Shown piece by piece: positions 37,676 to 51,500 of a DNA stretch of 64,000 bases. Origin of the DNA: Auanema rhodensis (taxonomy: Eukaryota > Animalia > Nematoda); assembly GCA_964057225.1 (NCBI GenBank), contig OZ059894.1, positions 14,322,001 through 14,386,000 of the forward strand, in the 5' to 3' direction. A program made the translations under genes and the position numbers. The notes below the pieces were generated by a model. That model saw only the letters and a list, made by a program, of their open reading frames with translations. It was not told where the DNA came from and ran no database searches. Within the stretch, counting starts at the first letter, position 1, and each line of letters opens with the position of its first letter.

Positions 37676-39819
37676 TTAAATTAAAATAATTAATATCACA
37701 AATAACGCTGTCAAATATCTAATCGATGATGTTGATGAAGTCGTTATTGGTATTCTAGATGTAGTACTATATGGACGGTCGGAGTTTGGAGGAGCTCTAG
37801 AAGTGAAGGGAGTAGTCTTCTTCTTTTTTTTATGCTTAGTAGAAGCGTCCGTGGGCTCTACAGAGGTAGTAGAAGCAACGGTGGGTTTTGCTGTGGTAGT
37901 AGAAGCGTCCGTGGGCTCTACAGAGGTAGTAGAAGCAACGGTGGGTTTTGCTGTGGTAGTAGAAGCGTCCGTGGGCTCTACAGAGGTAGTAGAAGCATCC
38001 GTGGGCTCTACAGAGGTAGTAGAAGCGTCTGTGGGCTCTACAGAGGTAGTAGAAGCGTCTGTGGGCTCTACAGAGGTAGTAGAAGCGTCCGTGGGCTCTA
38101 CAGAGGTAGTAGAAGCAACGGTGGGTTTTGCTGTGGTAGTAGAAGCGTCCGTGGGCTCTACAGAGGTAGTAGAAGCGTCCGTGGGCTCGGCTGTAGTAGT
38201 AGAAGCGTCCGTGGGCTCTACAGAGGTAGTAGAAGCGTCCGTGGGCTCTACAGAGGTAGTAGAAGCATCCGTGGGCTCTACAGAGGTAGTAGAAGCGTCC
38301 GTGGGTTCTGCTGTGGTAGTAGAAGCAACGGTGGGCTCAACAGTAGTAGTAGAAGCAACGGTGGGCTCAACAGTAGTAGTAGAAGCAACGGTGGGTTCTG
38401 CTGTGGTAGTAGAAGCGACTGTGGGCTCAACAGTAGTAGTAGAAGCAACGGTGGGCTCTGAAGTGGTAGTAGAAGCGACAGTGGGCTCGGCTGTGGTAGT
38501 AGAAGCAACGGTGGGCTCTGATGTGGTAGTAGAAGCAACGGTGGGCTCTGATGTGGTAGTAGAAGCAACGGTGGGCTCTGATGTGGTAGTAGAAGCAACG
38601 GTGGGCTCGGCTGTAGTAGTAGAAGCGACAGTGGGCTCGGCTGTAGTAGTAGAAGCAACGGTGGGCTCTGCTGTAGTAGTAGAAGCAACGGTGGGCTCGG
38701 CTGTAGTAGTAGAAGCAACGGTGGGCTCAACAGTAGTAGTAGAAGCGACTGTGGGCTCGGCTGTAGTAGTAGAAGCAACGGTGGGATCAGTTGTTTCTTC
38801 AATATGAGGTCGAGCTTGAAGATCAGCAATGTTATATAAGGTACTAAAAGAATATTTTATATAATCAGTATAATTAGGAAATGAATGAACTAACTCGTCA
38901 CAAGTTAAATCACAAATCTTAACGGCGTGTTGAGTGAAAGTAACAGAAGGCTTAGTCCATCCACCATAAGGAGTAAATGTACTGAAAGTCTTTTCCTTTT
39001 CCCTTCAAAGAAAATAAATAATTTGAAGATAATTTGAGTTATTTTAACCATAAAAGTTGTTTTTTCGTAACAGCTGGTTCATTAAAATCATCTCCAACAT
39101 TCTTTTTCCAATCATTTTCATTTGAAAAAATATTTAAATTGTAATTAATGGGCTAAAATGAAAAAATAATGAATAAACTTGAAATAATTAATATTTACCT
39201 CTAAAGTATCTGTGACACTCATAAGATACTGACGAGAAAAATCTTTTTTATTTTCTTCTGTGTCTGCATCTTCATAACGCATTAATGAAGTCTTAAAATC
39301 AAAAAATAAAAACAAATAAAAACAAACAAATAAACAAACATCCATCCATAAATTTTTTGATTTAATATTATTCAATTTCATTGCATTTGTAACATTTTGT
39401 ATATCAGCTGGATCTAGAGATATTGAATAATTTGGTAATATTATGAGTTCAAGTGATATTCCATCTGAAATTTTAATTTTGAATCTTAGATAATCTTGTT
39501 TAAACATACTTTCTTCAATAGTTTTTAATGTATTCACATATGGATATACTTGATTTCCTGTAGAAATACTAAAAATAAATTATTTTGTTTAAAGGAAAAA
39601 AGAAAAAGAAATGATTACTATACGAATAGTTTAGTATATCCAGCTTCTTTTAAACATTCAATTTGATTTATAAGTTTATCATCATAAACTAGTTGTGTTA
39701 TTGCTTTACCATGCTAAATATATAAAATTAAAAAAGAAATTCATATAAACTTAAACCTCATTATCATCTGCTAATACTAGATTTAGAGAAATAATTGAAA
39801 AGAATATTAGAAGCTTCAT
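37676..39819 (-). CDS. GH25 lysozyme-like protein with longer mucin stalk and GPI-type tail (copy B, 604 aa)
   Basis: Mirror image of copy A for exons 1-7 (ATG at 39819). The last exon, 38843-37676, encodes about 31 decapeptide repeats (STTTAEPTVA, then STTSVEPTDA/STTTAKPTVA variants) followed by STKHKKKKKTTPFTSRAPPNSDRPYSTTSRIPITTSSTSSIRYLTALFVILIILI*. Confidence 0.88.
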
Positions 39820-39977
39820 GGTTCATATCATATGAATGTGGTCTAAGCAATTGCTTTTATAATCTTAGATAGATGACATCTTCAAATATCATTTCAACAT
39901 TATATTTTGATTCATACGCCCATTTTCATTTTTGTATTTGAACTGCATTCCAAACGTTTTCTCAACTTTTTTCTTAT
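37679..39977 (-). repeat. Right arm of inverted segmental duplication
   Basis: Homology to the left arm ends sharply at 39977 (partner 35389): the reverse complement here reads TTC|ATAAGAAAA versus GTG|ATAAGAAAA in the left arm. Confidence 0.95.
37837..38785 (-). repeat. 30-bp coding tandem repeat, about 31 units, in copy B
   Basis: Plus-strand unit AGTAGAAGCGTCCGTGGGCTCTACAGAGGT and variants; the first 8 units from the 5' end of the gene match copy A. Confidence 0.95.
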
Positions 39978-42900
39978 GAATCCAGTTATCCTTTGAGGCT
40001 AGCCAAAACTAGAACAGCGCAGCTTTTAGGTTGAAGTGTTGATTAGAAAAGAAACAATCATGATATTTGAGGATATAATATATACGTGTGTGTATATATT
40101 ACGTTGAGAGTCCACAAAAAATTTTTGTTTAAAAGTATTAATTGTTAATTTAGTTGGAATGAACTAAGGACATAATGAATTAATGAGATTTTAACATTTT
40201 TGCTCATTTTGGACGCCCTTTCGTCTTTGGAACTGAAACCAACTGTTTAGCGAAATAGATTATGGAGCTAGAAATCCATTAAATTGCTTTTTCTGCTATG
40301 TAAAACTATAAAATAGAAGAAAGAATATCTTTCGCAAAATTTTATGATTTTCAAACAATTGATTTTATATTTGTTTCAATTTTGATATTTATACTGTATC
40401 AATATATGAATAATAATTCTCAATAAAAACTAAAATAAAGTTTTTTGTGTCTCTTTCTCTCTCTCTTTCTTTCTTTCTCTTTCTCTCTCTCTCTTTCTCT
40501 CTCTCTCTTTCTTTCTCTCTCTCTTTCTTTCTCTCTCTCTTTCTCTCTCACAAATTCTCTTGAAATGTTTCTTATACTTCTTCCATCTATGTATTAATTT
40601 TTTGTTGCAATTTTTAGGGTGAAGAGCTGATATAAGATTCACAGAAGTATGAAAGATGGCTTTGATATTCAGATTTTATTTTTGATTTTCATAAAATGTT
40701 TGTACAAACCATTAATTTAAATATTTTATGAAAATTTAGTTTCTTTTGCTGGTTTAATGCGTTTGAATACTTTCAAAATACTTACTTCAAACAACTATTT
40801 TACATGTAATTACTCCTCAGAATTAACTATTGTTAAAGTGATCAATTAAATAATTAGGTTGTAAACTTGAAAAACTAACGAAGTGATGATGAGTATGAGT
40901 ATGTTGATCAAACTATCTCAATATTCTCTCTGAATCTTCAGTCAATTAAAGAATCTTTTTCAACTATTTGTTTTGTATCGAATTATCTTTTATATTTCTG
41001 TTTTGCATGATGAGGTTTGCATTCAGTGTAATAGTATAGTGTGAGAAGCATTTTGAAGACAAAGAACAGCAGAAGTTGATGATGAAGAACACATTTGACT
41101 CATCTGATTGTTGCACCTAGTTATCGGTATAGGATAAAAGCAGAGAGCAAAGGCGGAATATACCCTTGAAAAAGTTTTGAGAGAGAGAGAGAGTGAGAGA
41201 GAGAGAGAGTATGAGAGAGGGATAGAGAAAGAAAAAGTAAATTGCAGGAGAACTAATCGAAAAGCTCATCGGAAGTCTTTCATATTGACTTCAAAACATT
41301 TCATCTCCATATCTCTCTGGACGAGAAACTGATCATTTTGAGATATTCTTTCATCGCTTGAGGTAATCATACCTCAACTCTATCAACTTCGTACTGCCAT
41401 ACTCAGATCTTTGATCTCTAATAATTTTCAAAGACATTTATATTCCTCGATTTCTGTTCTTGCAGCTTATTTTCTGCATAATAAGTGTATGCAACATATT
41501 TCTCCAGCACTTTATGAAGTTCAACTATTTTATATGTAAGAGAATAAGAACTTGGTAAAACTATATGATAGATTACTATAATCTACAATAAAATTGTTTA
41601 TTCTTTTACCATTTTATGTATTTTATACATAACTATATGATATTTGATAAACTTTATAGTTTAAAAATTAGAAATCAAAAGTAATTGTAAAATATTTTTA
41701 TTTATTTTATGTATCATTTATGCATGGAAATATTTAAAATATATAGCTATGTACATACACATATTTTACTATTTTTATAGATCAAAGAATTCAATCAGTT
41801 TTTATTATTTTACAATAGAAAATAAATAATAATATTAGGTGGTGATTCAATTGATTCATTGCCCAAAGTTTTTAATTTCCTCGACATTTTTGAAGTTTTC
41901 ATCCCTCAAATTGTATTTTCTTGACCTAAACAGATGAAAATCTGTTGAAGCAAGGCTTGGCGAGTAAGAGTATGTGGTTCAGGACGGTCCAGCCCAGTTC
42001 CAGAAACATCTAATAAAATTTTAAAAAAAAACGATTAGTTACGTATACTATATGAATAATGTAAATAGAATCAAACTATATATAAGTTTTATTAACTATA
42101 TAATATTATTTATTTAATTTATAATAAATAGATATGAATATAACAAAAACCATTTTTTTTCAACAAGGACAAGCTATTTTATAGAAATAGCTATTATTGT
42201 CAACATGTTGAGAAGAATAAGTTTGAAAACTTAAAAACAATAATCGAAAATCTTAAACTATGGTCTGTAAAATCGTTCTGATTCATTGGTCCAGATAATT
42301 TAAAGAAAAAAAAATAATTGAACTTTTCGGACAGGATTTGACTGTTTGCATACTTTATGTATATACACATGTATTTATGTATCAAACATCACAACTTAAA
42401 TATCCATAAATACATGGATATTATTATTATTTTCCATCTTATAACATCAAAATATAATATTTTCTGATTCTTTATATGATTTGACTCAAATATACTTCGG
42501 CTTCAATGCGTTTGGTGGATACTTCAGAGCATCGTTCATTGTTAGATCATCATCGTTTCACCTTTCTTTTGTTAAAAAAAATTTATTCCCCCCCCCTTCT
42601 CCTTCTGTTCTATTTTCTTTTTATAATGTTCTTTCCGAGAAAAGTTTTTCGAATTCTTAATAAATAGTCTCAGATATTCTATAGAAAATTTTAAATATTC
42701 TGAATTCATTTGTCATTTTTGGCTCACCTGAATGCCCTGATTTTGAGCTGGGATGATTACGTGAACGAATTCTCGTTGTCTTTCATATTGTCTTGAAGAC
42801 TACATCCTTTAACAACTAGATGACATTTGTGATTCCATACAATTTCATTTTCTTTTCTTTTTTTTTTGAATTTTCATTTTGCTATTTATAGACTTTTGTT

Positions 42901-43104
42901 GGAAAAAAAAGAGTTTTTGAAAAATGAAATACAATTTAAAAACAACAGACTGTTATAATTGAATGATGAATGTGTTAATGTTTAATTTCTTTTATTTTTC
43001 TTATTTTTATCATTATCAATAATATTATAGAAATTTATATTTATGCAGATAATTTCTTTCTTTTTTTTAAACTCCCCTTCTCTCTCTCTATTTCTATCTC
43101 TCTT

Positions 43105-43108
<4 letters not shown>

Positions 43109-43182
<74 letters not shown>
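43109..43182 (+). repeat. (TC)37 microsatellite
   Basis: Longest of many GA/TC tracts in the window (others near 6845, 19980, 25435, 26470, 27620, 40450, 41180, 45545). Confidence 0.9.
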
Positions 43183-43189
<7 letters not shown>

Positions 43190-45016
43190 AATTATTAAGA
43201 AAAAAAGAAGCAGAAGACGAGATAAAATCTCTCTCTCTCTCTCTATTAGTAATTTGTAGTTCTTTCTATCCCTTTATCATTCATACCTATTATTTTTGCT
43301 CTTTTCTTCTTGACCAACGGACATTTTAACAAGCGATAAATACAACATGTCCTTCCTACTTTACAACTAATTTGAAGCTTTTCTTCGTTTTCTTTTTATT
43401 TGTACATTTCTTCTCACCAAACGCGTGAAGTATTACGATTTGAAAGTTTTAGTGATGAAAAGCTTTAAATTATCTGAGTGTGAACATTTATATTTAAAGA
43501 AAAAACTTTGTGATGTACATAAGCAACAATAAAATACGAGAAAGACATCATTTTCTTTTTACTTTGATCATATATACATACATATCTTCTTTCGACCATC
43601 TGTTACTTTTATATATTTTATTTTTAAATTTGTTAAATCATTTCGTAAAGGATAGTTAACTCACATTTCTTTTTATTTCGTAAATGTAAATCGTTTAAGA
43701 CTTTTTGACAATAACAACTTGTGATTGTTAGCTTGATTGAGTCAGATGATAGTAGTCGAAATGGGATATGGTTCACTTAATGATTGTTTAGTGCACTTTT
43801 CATTCTATATCTTATACATGATAGACTACTAACTATTGTAGCTTAAAGAGCTTTGTTGAAGACAACTCATGATGGCATCAGGTGTTTCCACCAATAGTTT
43901 TATCCTTCGAGCAGGAGACTTACAGCCGGAAACAAGCTCAAGCTTTAGACAAATCTGTGAAAAAGATTTAGAAATTGCATATGTACGTCATCTGAATATA
44001 TGAAGTAAAATTTTCTTTTTTTTCTTGTTTCTCAACCGGAACGTTTTTCTTCAATTGGTACTAGCCAACGTGGCTTCCGAACATGTGACCGCGACTATTA
44101 AGCAGATTCTTACCTTTCAACTTTCAAAAACGTTCAATTCATATTTATTTTCCTTTGTTCAATAGATTTTCATTCAATTTCATTCAATTTCTAGTAACAA
44201 GTTAACATTTTTCATGCTTAAACTTTTATTTCTTTTATAAAAATTTATTTTGTCTTCAATCTTTTATCATTTAAATACTTCTTCAGAATTTATTACAATT
44301 TATTAGGATGTAGTAGCAATTCATAGAATGCTGTATGTTTTTCTTTATTCATTTTGGCCTCCATGCTTAAAAAGTGCAAAAAGTTTCAAGTTTATAGCTT
44401 CTAATGACTAAACTTTAAATTACAAATTCACTTTTTAACGGAATCTATTTTCTTTTTTTGAATTTTTAAACCAAAAATATGAACAGCAGCATTTCTGTAT
44501 AAGAACTGTCATCCAATTTTTTTCTTAGAAATCCTATCAGATTGTCATTGCATATATCAGAATATTTACAAAACAATATTAAAAAAATAATATAAAATGA
44601 CAGATTAGATACAACTCTATCTATCTATCTCGTCATGTTATCCAAAAATAAAAATTTCATTTATGGTATTCATATACATGTACATATACACAGACATACA
44701 TAATGTATAAATACATTGTACATGTGTATAGCAAGGATATATCAAGCTTTTGCCTAGTTGATACATAGAGAATTGAGTATGTATGTACATATCTATGTAT
44801 GTATGTATGTATGTATATGGTATGTTATATCATATCATATCATATTAGATACATATATACTATATATTATATAAAAAAAAATATTTTTATAACAAAAAAA
44901 AATTATATAAAATAATAAAAAAATTTATTCAAATTATTCAAATCAACCTTTTTTTTCGATTTTTTTTAAAATTAAAATTAGTTTATTAACAGTACATATT
45001 AATATATTTTATATTA

Positions 45017-45053
<37 letters not shown>

Positions 45054-45540
45054 ATTCTTCAATAGTATTATTTTTGAAGAAATAACGAAAAAACAATAGA
45101 TGAATATGCTATGTATGCTGTATGTGTCCTATTTGCCTATCATATTTCAAGTAGATTTTATTTTTTTTTTTTTTGTTGCAAAAATCTTTTTTTATTCAGA
45201 TTGTAATTAACAAATTTAAATATATTCTTGTACTGATATACAGGTGAAATGATGTATCAAAATGAAAATACAGTCTCTTTGTCGTATTTCATATTGCTGG
45301 ATCATTAAAAAACATTCAGCTGATTTTCTTCTCTTTTTTTTGTTTTGTTTTTCAACTTATGTGTATCTATTTCACATTTCATTTGCTCTTTTCTATTATA
45401 GATCGTACTCAATTTAAAAAAAAAAAAGATTAGGACAATGAGAGAATAAAAGAGATTATAACAGAATAAGAGATAGAGAGAGATAGAGAGAGAAACATGA
45501 AGAGATTTGAACATAAAAACAAAATTTGCCATTTGTAGGC

Positions 45541-45595
<55 letters not shown>

Positions 45596-48500
45596 TGTAT
45601 GTTATAGTAATAAGTAGCAGTGCATTTTGTCTCAAGACAAATACTAGGTTATCCTGAATGAATTGGTACAACTCATCATATATCTCAAGCATTATCGTCT
45701 ATCATCATTATCAAAATATTTCTTTCAACTGATACCTTTTCCTCAAAATATGATCTTTTTAGATAAAAAAGAAAAATTCAAACTCTTCATACTATTGTAG
45801 AAAAACAGAAGATTTTCATTTCTTTTCTTTGCTAAAAAAATCCAAATAATCCCATATAAGGAAACATAAAAAAATTCTCTGTATATCCTTCTTATATTTT
45901 GATTCTTATCCTGCTTTTCATCAATTTTCTCGTTTTTAAAACAAATTTGTTCTATCAAAATCTATTCAAAATGTGATAAACTTTTCTCTTTACAGCAAAT
46001 TTTCCTTCCCTCTTCATGCAATATGTTTTATGATTTTTATTGGATTTTCATCAAAAATCTTTGTGCATTTCATAGCTGATCCTTTCGATATTTCTTCTCG
46101 ATCTTTCTTTTTTTTCTATTTTGCCGTTTCCATCTTGTTTTACAAAGGTTGTTCGTAATAAATGACCAGTTGTTAAACTAAATCAATCTGTCGTTTTCAA
46201 TTCCCTTATTGAATATCCTCTAATCGGTGTTCCAAATTGAAGGAAAATTTCCATATTTTCAACTTTATTTCCTTCATTAATGTTATTAACAAGTTTTTTT
46301 TTATTATTTTGTCTTAATATCTCATTTCATTATTCTTTGTTTTAACTTGATTTGAGAGTTATGATGATTATAGACGAATTTTTAAATTCATCTTTCATCT
46401 CGTATGCAGTCTATGAGTCTCGTAAATGAAAGTAAAAATAACGTTTTCCTGGTTCAAAAATAGAAATTTGTTAATTGGACTAGAAATTATTTTGAATTTC
46501 TGTTATTATAAATGTATTTGACTTATATAACGACATCTTAGTATCTCATCTATTTGTTTATATTCTATTCTTCTCTCAAGGTGGCCCCCAAGAAAAGACA
46601 AAATATTCAGAAAATTTTTAAAATTTCGTTTCAGCCCAGTAAGGTAACAGATCAAAACCTTTTATTTCAGATTTTTTATATTTTCACAGTTGAAATTAAG
46701 CTCGATTATAAGCTCAATTAAACAGTTGGTCAGTGAGTAGTGGGTGAACATTTTCATCAAAGACCACGAAGCTCACCCAATTGCGTCACCCATTCAGAAC
46801 AACTGCTTTTAATATTCAATACAATAAAAGAAGCGACGTTTCTGTTCATTTTTTTTCTAAAATCATCTCTATTTTCATATACAATCACTATATCAAATAA
46901 TAATCTTTGATTCTCTCTATTCTCATATTGGACATATTACTTTATATCTCTCAAACTTTATTTCTCTCTCTCTCTTTCTCTCTCTCCCTTTCTCTCTTGT
47001 TTTCAAAATCTGTATTCTACTTCTCTCGTATCTTTCAACATCTTCAAAGCATTTCTCTCTGCTGGATAAAATTTAAAAATAGATTTCCTGCAGAATACCC
47101 CCTCCCCCAGCTGATAGGTTGTACAGGCTAACTCCAGAAGATATAGCAGACCACACAGATGTCCTTTTAATCTGTTCAACAAACTTTCAATTGTTATATC
47201 TAACTATATGTATATAACTATATATCTATATATATATATATATATCTATATATTTCTTATAAAGTATATATTTAACATATTTTATTTGATTAGTTTCTAT
47301 ACTTTTTTTCATAAAATTTGCAAACAATTCATTAACTATATAAATATCTTCTTCTATTACTCCTCCAACCACAAAGAATCAAAAAATCAGTTTTTCTCAC
47401 TAATTGCTGATGTTTTTCCCCTGAGTACAAACTTAATTTTTAGATGATATCATCAATAGTATGCATTACTTTCTCATAATTTATCAGCATCCTAAGTTTG
47501 CCCTTGTAATATCCTCAAACTCTTTACTATATCTTCTCCTCCCTCACCACATTTTATAATATACTATAAACTTAACAAACATATGCAGTCACAGTTATTT
47601 CATAAAATTTGAATCAAATAACAAACTCCAATATAATTTTTATACTTCTAACAGTTGATCTAATACTGAGTCTTTTTCTGCTATAACATAACTCAATACT
47701 TCGAATATTGGCAAAAGTAGTTTGAGTATCGTACGAGATGACGTTTGATGCGTTTAATGGCATATTTTTTGTTCTTTCAATCATTGTTAGAACAATGTTT
47801 GATCACAATTTCTTGGAGCTTATGCTATTGCACCTTTTCGGCATGCTTAACTCAATACTTCTAAAATTCCTTCCGTTTTTCTTTTTTTTTCTACTTCTTC
47901 TTTTTGTCACTTTCACTGAAATATATACATAAATTGTCATCTTACACGCATTTTTCTTCCTTTTTCTTTCTAAATAAACCTTTTTCTATCTCAATTTTAA
48001 TGTGAATGAATAAGCACTAAGGTAATAGCATGTGAATATGTTTGTGAGTGGGTGCTATACCACGATCTTTCCCTCTTACATTTCCTCAAACCAACATCAT
48101 TATCCTGGCATCGCCTGACCAAAAGAATCACCGATCTACTATGCATAGGCCTCATGTCACATTAGACCTTCATGTGCTTCTCGTCCTCAACTATCAACAA
48201 GTGCTCTAAGAACAGAGTTTGTCACCACCTTGACTAGATGCTGGCATCTGGTATAAGATGATGTTTTTCATTAGCTCATTCACTAACCCAATTATCAGTA
48301 ATATCAACACTGTTAATTGATCTATTAAATTATAATAAATTACTACGTAAAGCTCAAATCTTATATAGAAATAGTTCATACATATATTGGAGACAATTTC
48401 CATAAATTGCTTAATATAGCAACAAAAAGATGTAAAAAAGAAATGGTGAGTATGAGTCAACGAAATGGAAATGAATGTATAAAGATAGAGAGATAGGGAG

Positions 48501-51500
48501 AGAGAGAGATAGATATAGAGAGAGAAGGTTGAATATTACTTACTTTTCATGCAACCTTAATAGAGTAATGTGCTGACGTAGGAAATAAATGAACTGCTAA
48601 AACAATAACTTCAATTGCACACAAAGATAATATTGGAATGTAAAATGACAAAAAAATCTTTTCCTTCCAATAGCTTTTCATCAATTACTTATGAAAATAA
48701 TTTCTTTTTTGAATATATAAAACATAAAGAAAATTAATTAATTGTTTATTTCATTTTATTCTTTTCATTTTCACTTCCGAATTAAAAAATATATGATTTC
48801 ATTGATCTATTGTTCAGATTATATTTCATTATTCCTCATAATATTAATATTACTATATATTATTATATAGTTAATTCATATATACATATATTCTTTATAG
48901 TTTCTTCAATTTATTTTTTTATTTTGTGAAAAAAAAAAGAATAAAAAAATATTTAAAAGAAAGTGAACGGCAATCTTATTCAATTTCCTTTGGCATCCGG
49001 ATCATCTATGGCTTCTTTTCTTTTTCAAAATTGTTAAATGTTCTTATAGTTTGTCTTCAGCCTATTTCCGAATTTCGAAATCTTTTCATAATGTTCATTA
49101 GAACGTTGAGCAGTCCGTCATCTGAATCCTCTAAATGCGGTCCTCGTGGTCTTCACCTCATCTTCTCCAGATTCGTTCACAGCATCATAATGCCTACCAT
49201 ATACACATAGTATACCGGATTGAATGTCCTTCATCATGTAACTCGACCCTCCCTCTATCTATCTCTCTGCCTTTCGCTTTCTCTTTTACCAGGTTTTCAA
49301 CATCTGCTGGTGTGAGCTACGTCCTTTATACTTTTTTTTTATTTCATGCTCTGAACTATGGGTTAGTATCATACAACAACAATTTTTTTTGAGCTATATC
49401 TTCAGCATTTTTTCTTTTTCTTTCCCATAAAATCTAAGAAGTTCCCTGAAAGCACAGCAAAAATCATGATGACAAGCCTTTAGGCTAATTCTCACGTTGG
49501 TAACGCTTTCACGTATCACGCGTTCAAGTATTCAAATTCATATTATAGCCTATTGCCACAATTGAACGGTTGTTACATGCTTCTCTCTTATCTCTTCATA
49601 TACATACAAATAATAATTCATATTATATTATATATATGTATATAGTATATACATACATATCTCTGTATAGTTTAGAAACCTGATTCTACTACAATCTTTT
49701 CACATGGAATCCATATTTTACTTTCTTTGAATGAAAAATCTCGAACATCTACTACAATGTTATTGAAAACTGTTTTAAAATAGTTAAGAATCCTTCAAAG
49801 ACTTATTGCTGCTTTTTGCGATTCTCAACATTCCCTGTCACATTTCAATAAAAAACAAGTAAAATCGTCAGATTTCACTTGTTTCATTTTCTCATTGACC
49901 TCTATTCTTCAGCATATGAAGCTTGCTAGTAATCCTTATAGACAGCTCCTCTATTTCAATTAAGAAACATTACAAATGATCTTTACTGCTCTTTATTGAA
50001 GCTTCACAATGATTTTCCTCAGGCAACATCTTGACATCTATTATTCTATAGCTTAACAATTATGTTTTGGAGTTTCTTCCATTCTTCAAACCATACTCAA
50101 ACTTTTAATGTTTCCAAAAAGAGCATAAATGAAGCCGTAGAACTAAGTGGAGATCTATCGTTAAACCCATATTTTCATATTTTTCATATCAAAAGAGAAA
50201 ATATTTGTCTATATCTGAAAACATTTAGTAAAGAAGCTTGAATCTAACATAAATGTACGTGCTTCTTCGCGTTTCGTAGATTTTTTCTTGTTATGCTATT
50301 GCCTTCAGGTAGTTTTCAGAGGTCATATTTGGCTTACTTCCACAATTTTCCAATTCCTCTTTCACATTGCTTGCCTTCTCGTTTTTCTCTATCATCTGAA
50401 TATTTCCGTATCGAGAGTCAAATGATGTCGTGTGACACGAAATCATCTGTGAATTTCTTAGAAAAGGTTTGATAAGCCTGACAGGCGACGATAAAATATC
50501 ATTTGAAACAGTAGAACAAGACAGAGGGTGGGAGAAAGCTTTCAGAATCTCATCAACTCTTTACATCCTTCTTCAAATAGTTAAAATGACATTTTTATTA
50601 GATATCGTTGATAAAACATGAGAGCTAATTGAAGTTTCAATATAAAACAACTTGTGCTCATGATAACACAGATCACGCTATATGAATTCGTTTGCATTAA
50701 CCGCTTTAATAGCTTTGAGTCCACCTCCACATTCCATGTGGGTCGTTAAGAAGAACAGAAGCTCTTAAACAAGCTTTACGGCCTTTGATTTCATGAAATC
50801 ATACCTTTTAGAATGATCTTCGTACGAGCTACATACTTTCTGATTTCAAAAAAAAAAATTATGTTGAAAAGAAGAATCAATATATCTCTCATTTGTATCT
50901 ATTTCTGTTGTTTATTAAATATAAAATAATAATAATTCATCATATTATTTACTTAAAAACTTTTGTTTCACATCTATTAATAACTATTAAGAACTAATTG
51001 TTCCTGCTTCGTTGTCCATATCACCTGTAATCTCACAACCTTTTCTTTAAACCAAGTTTTTTCATGTTATGTTTTCATGTAAACAGCAATCATATTATCA
51101 GTTTGTTGACGTCATAACTTTCCAGAATCTACTTTCAAAATAAAGAACAAGAAGATTATCCACATTTTAATATTACTTAATCCAAATAAATGACGTTGAA
51201 GAACCGAAGTGTTCCCCCCCCCTATGTCATCTTCCTCATTTGTCTTACCTCTCTCTGTTCATCTCACATTGTCTATTTCTCTTCTGTTACACAACTACAT
51301 GGCTTGTATTCTAGCCTGTTGAAGCTATTTCCAAACTAAGCCACCTTAAGCTATATCTGCTTCGTCAGCAGTTTGGAAGTCATTGGATTCTATGTGACGC
51401 TTTCTTATTCTGAGCTTTTCGATCAGGTCGCTCAGATCATTTGACCATCTAAGTTCAACTGTTCAACCGTTATGTAGTTCCAATATGAATTAATATATAA

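Noticed and set aside
36581-38785. Regular 30-33 bp periodicity resembling a CRISPR array
   Set aside because: Units are contiguous with no unique spacers, are codon multiples inside an exon, and the DNA is eukaryotic with no cas genes.
36537-38829. Long ORFs in the track (poly-Leu/Pro 36537+ and 38278-; poly-Val VEATVGS 36559- and 37803+; Arg/Gly 37832+)
   Set aside because: Off-frame or antisense shadows of the stop-free 30/33-bp repeats; the spliced Thr-rich frame is the one continuous with the GH25 exons.
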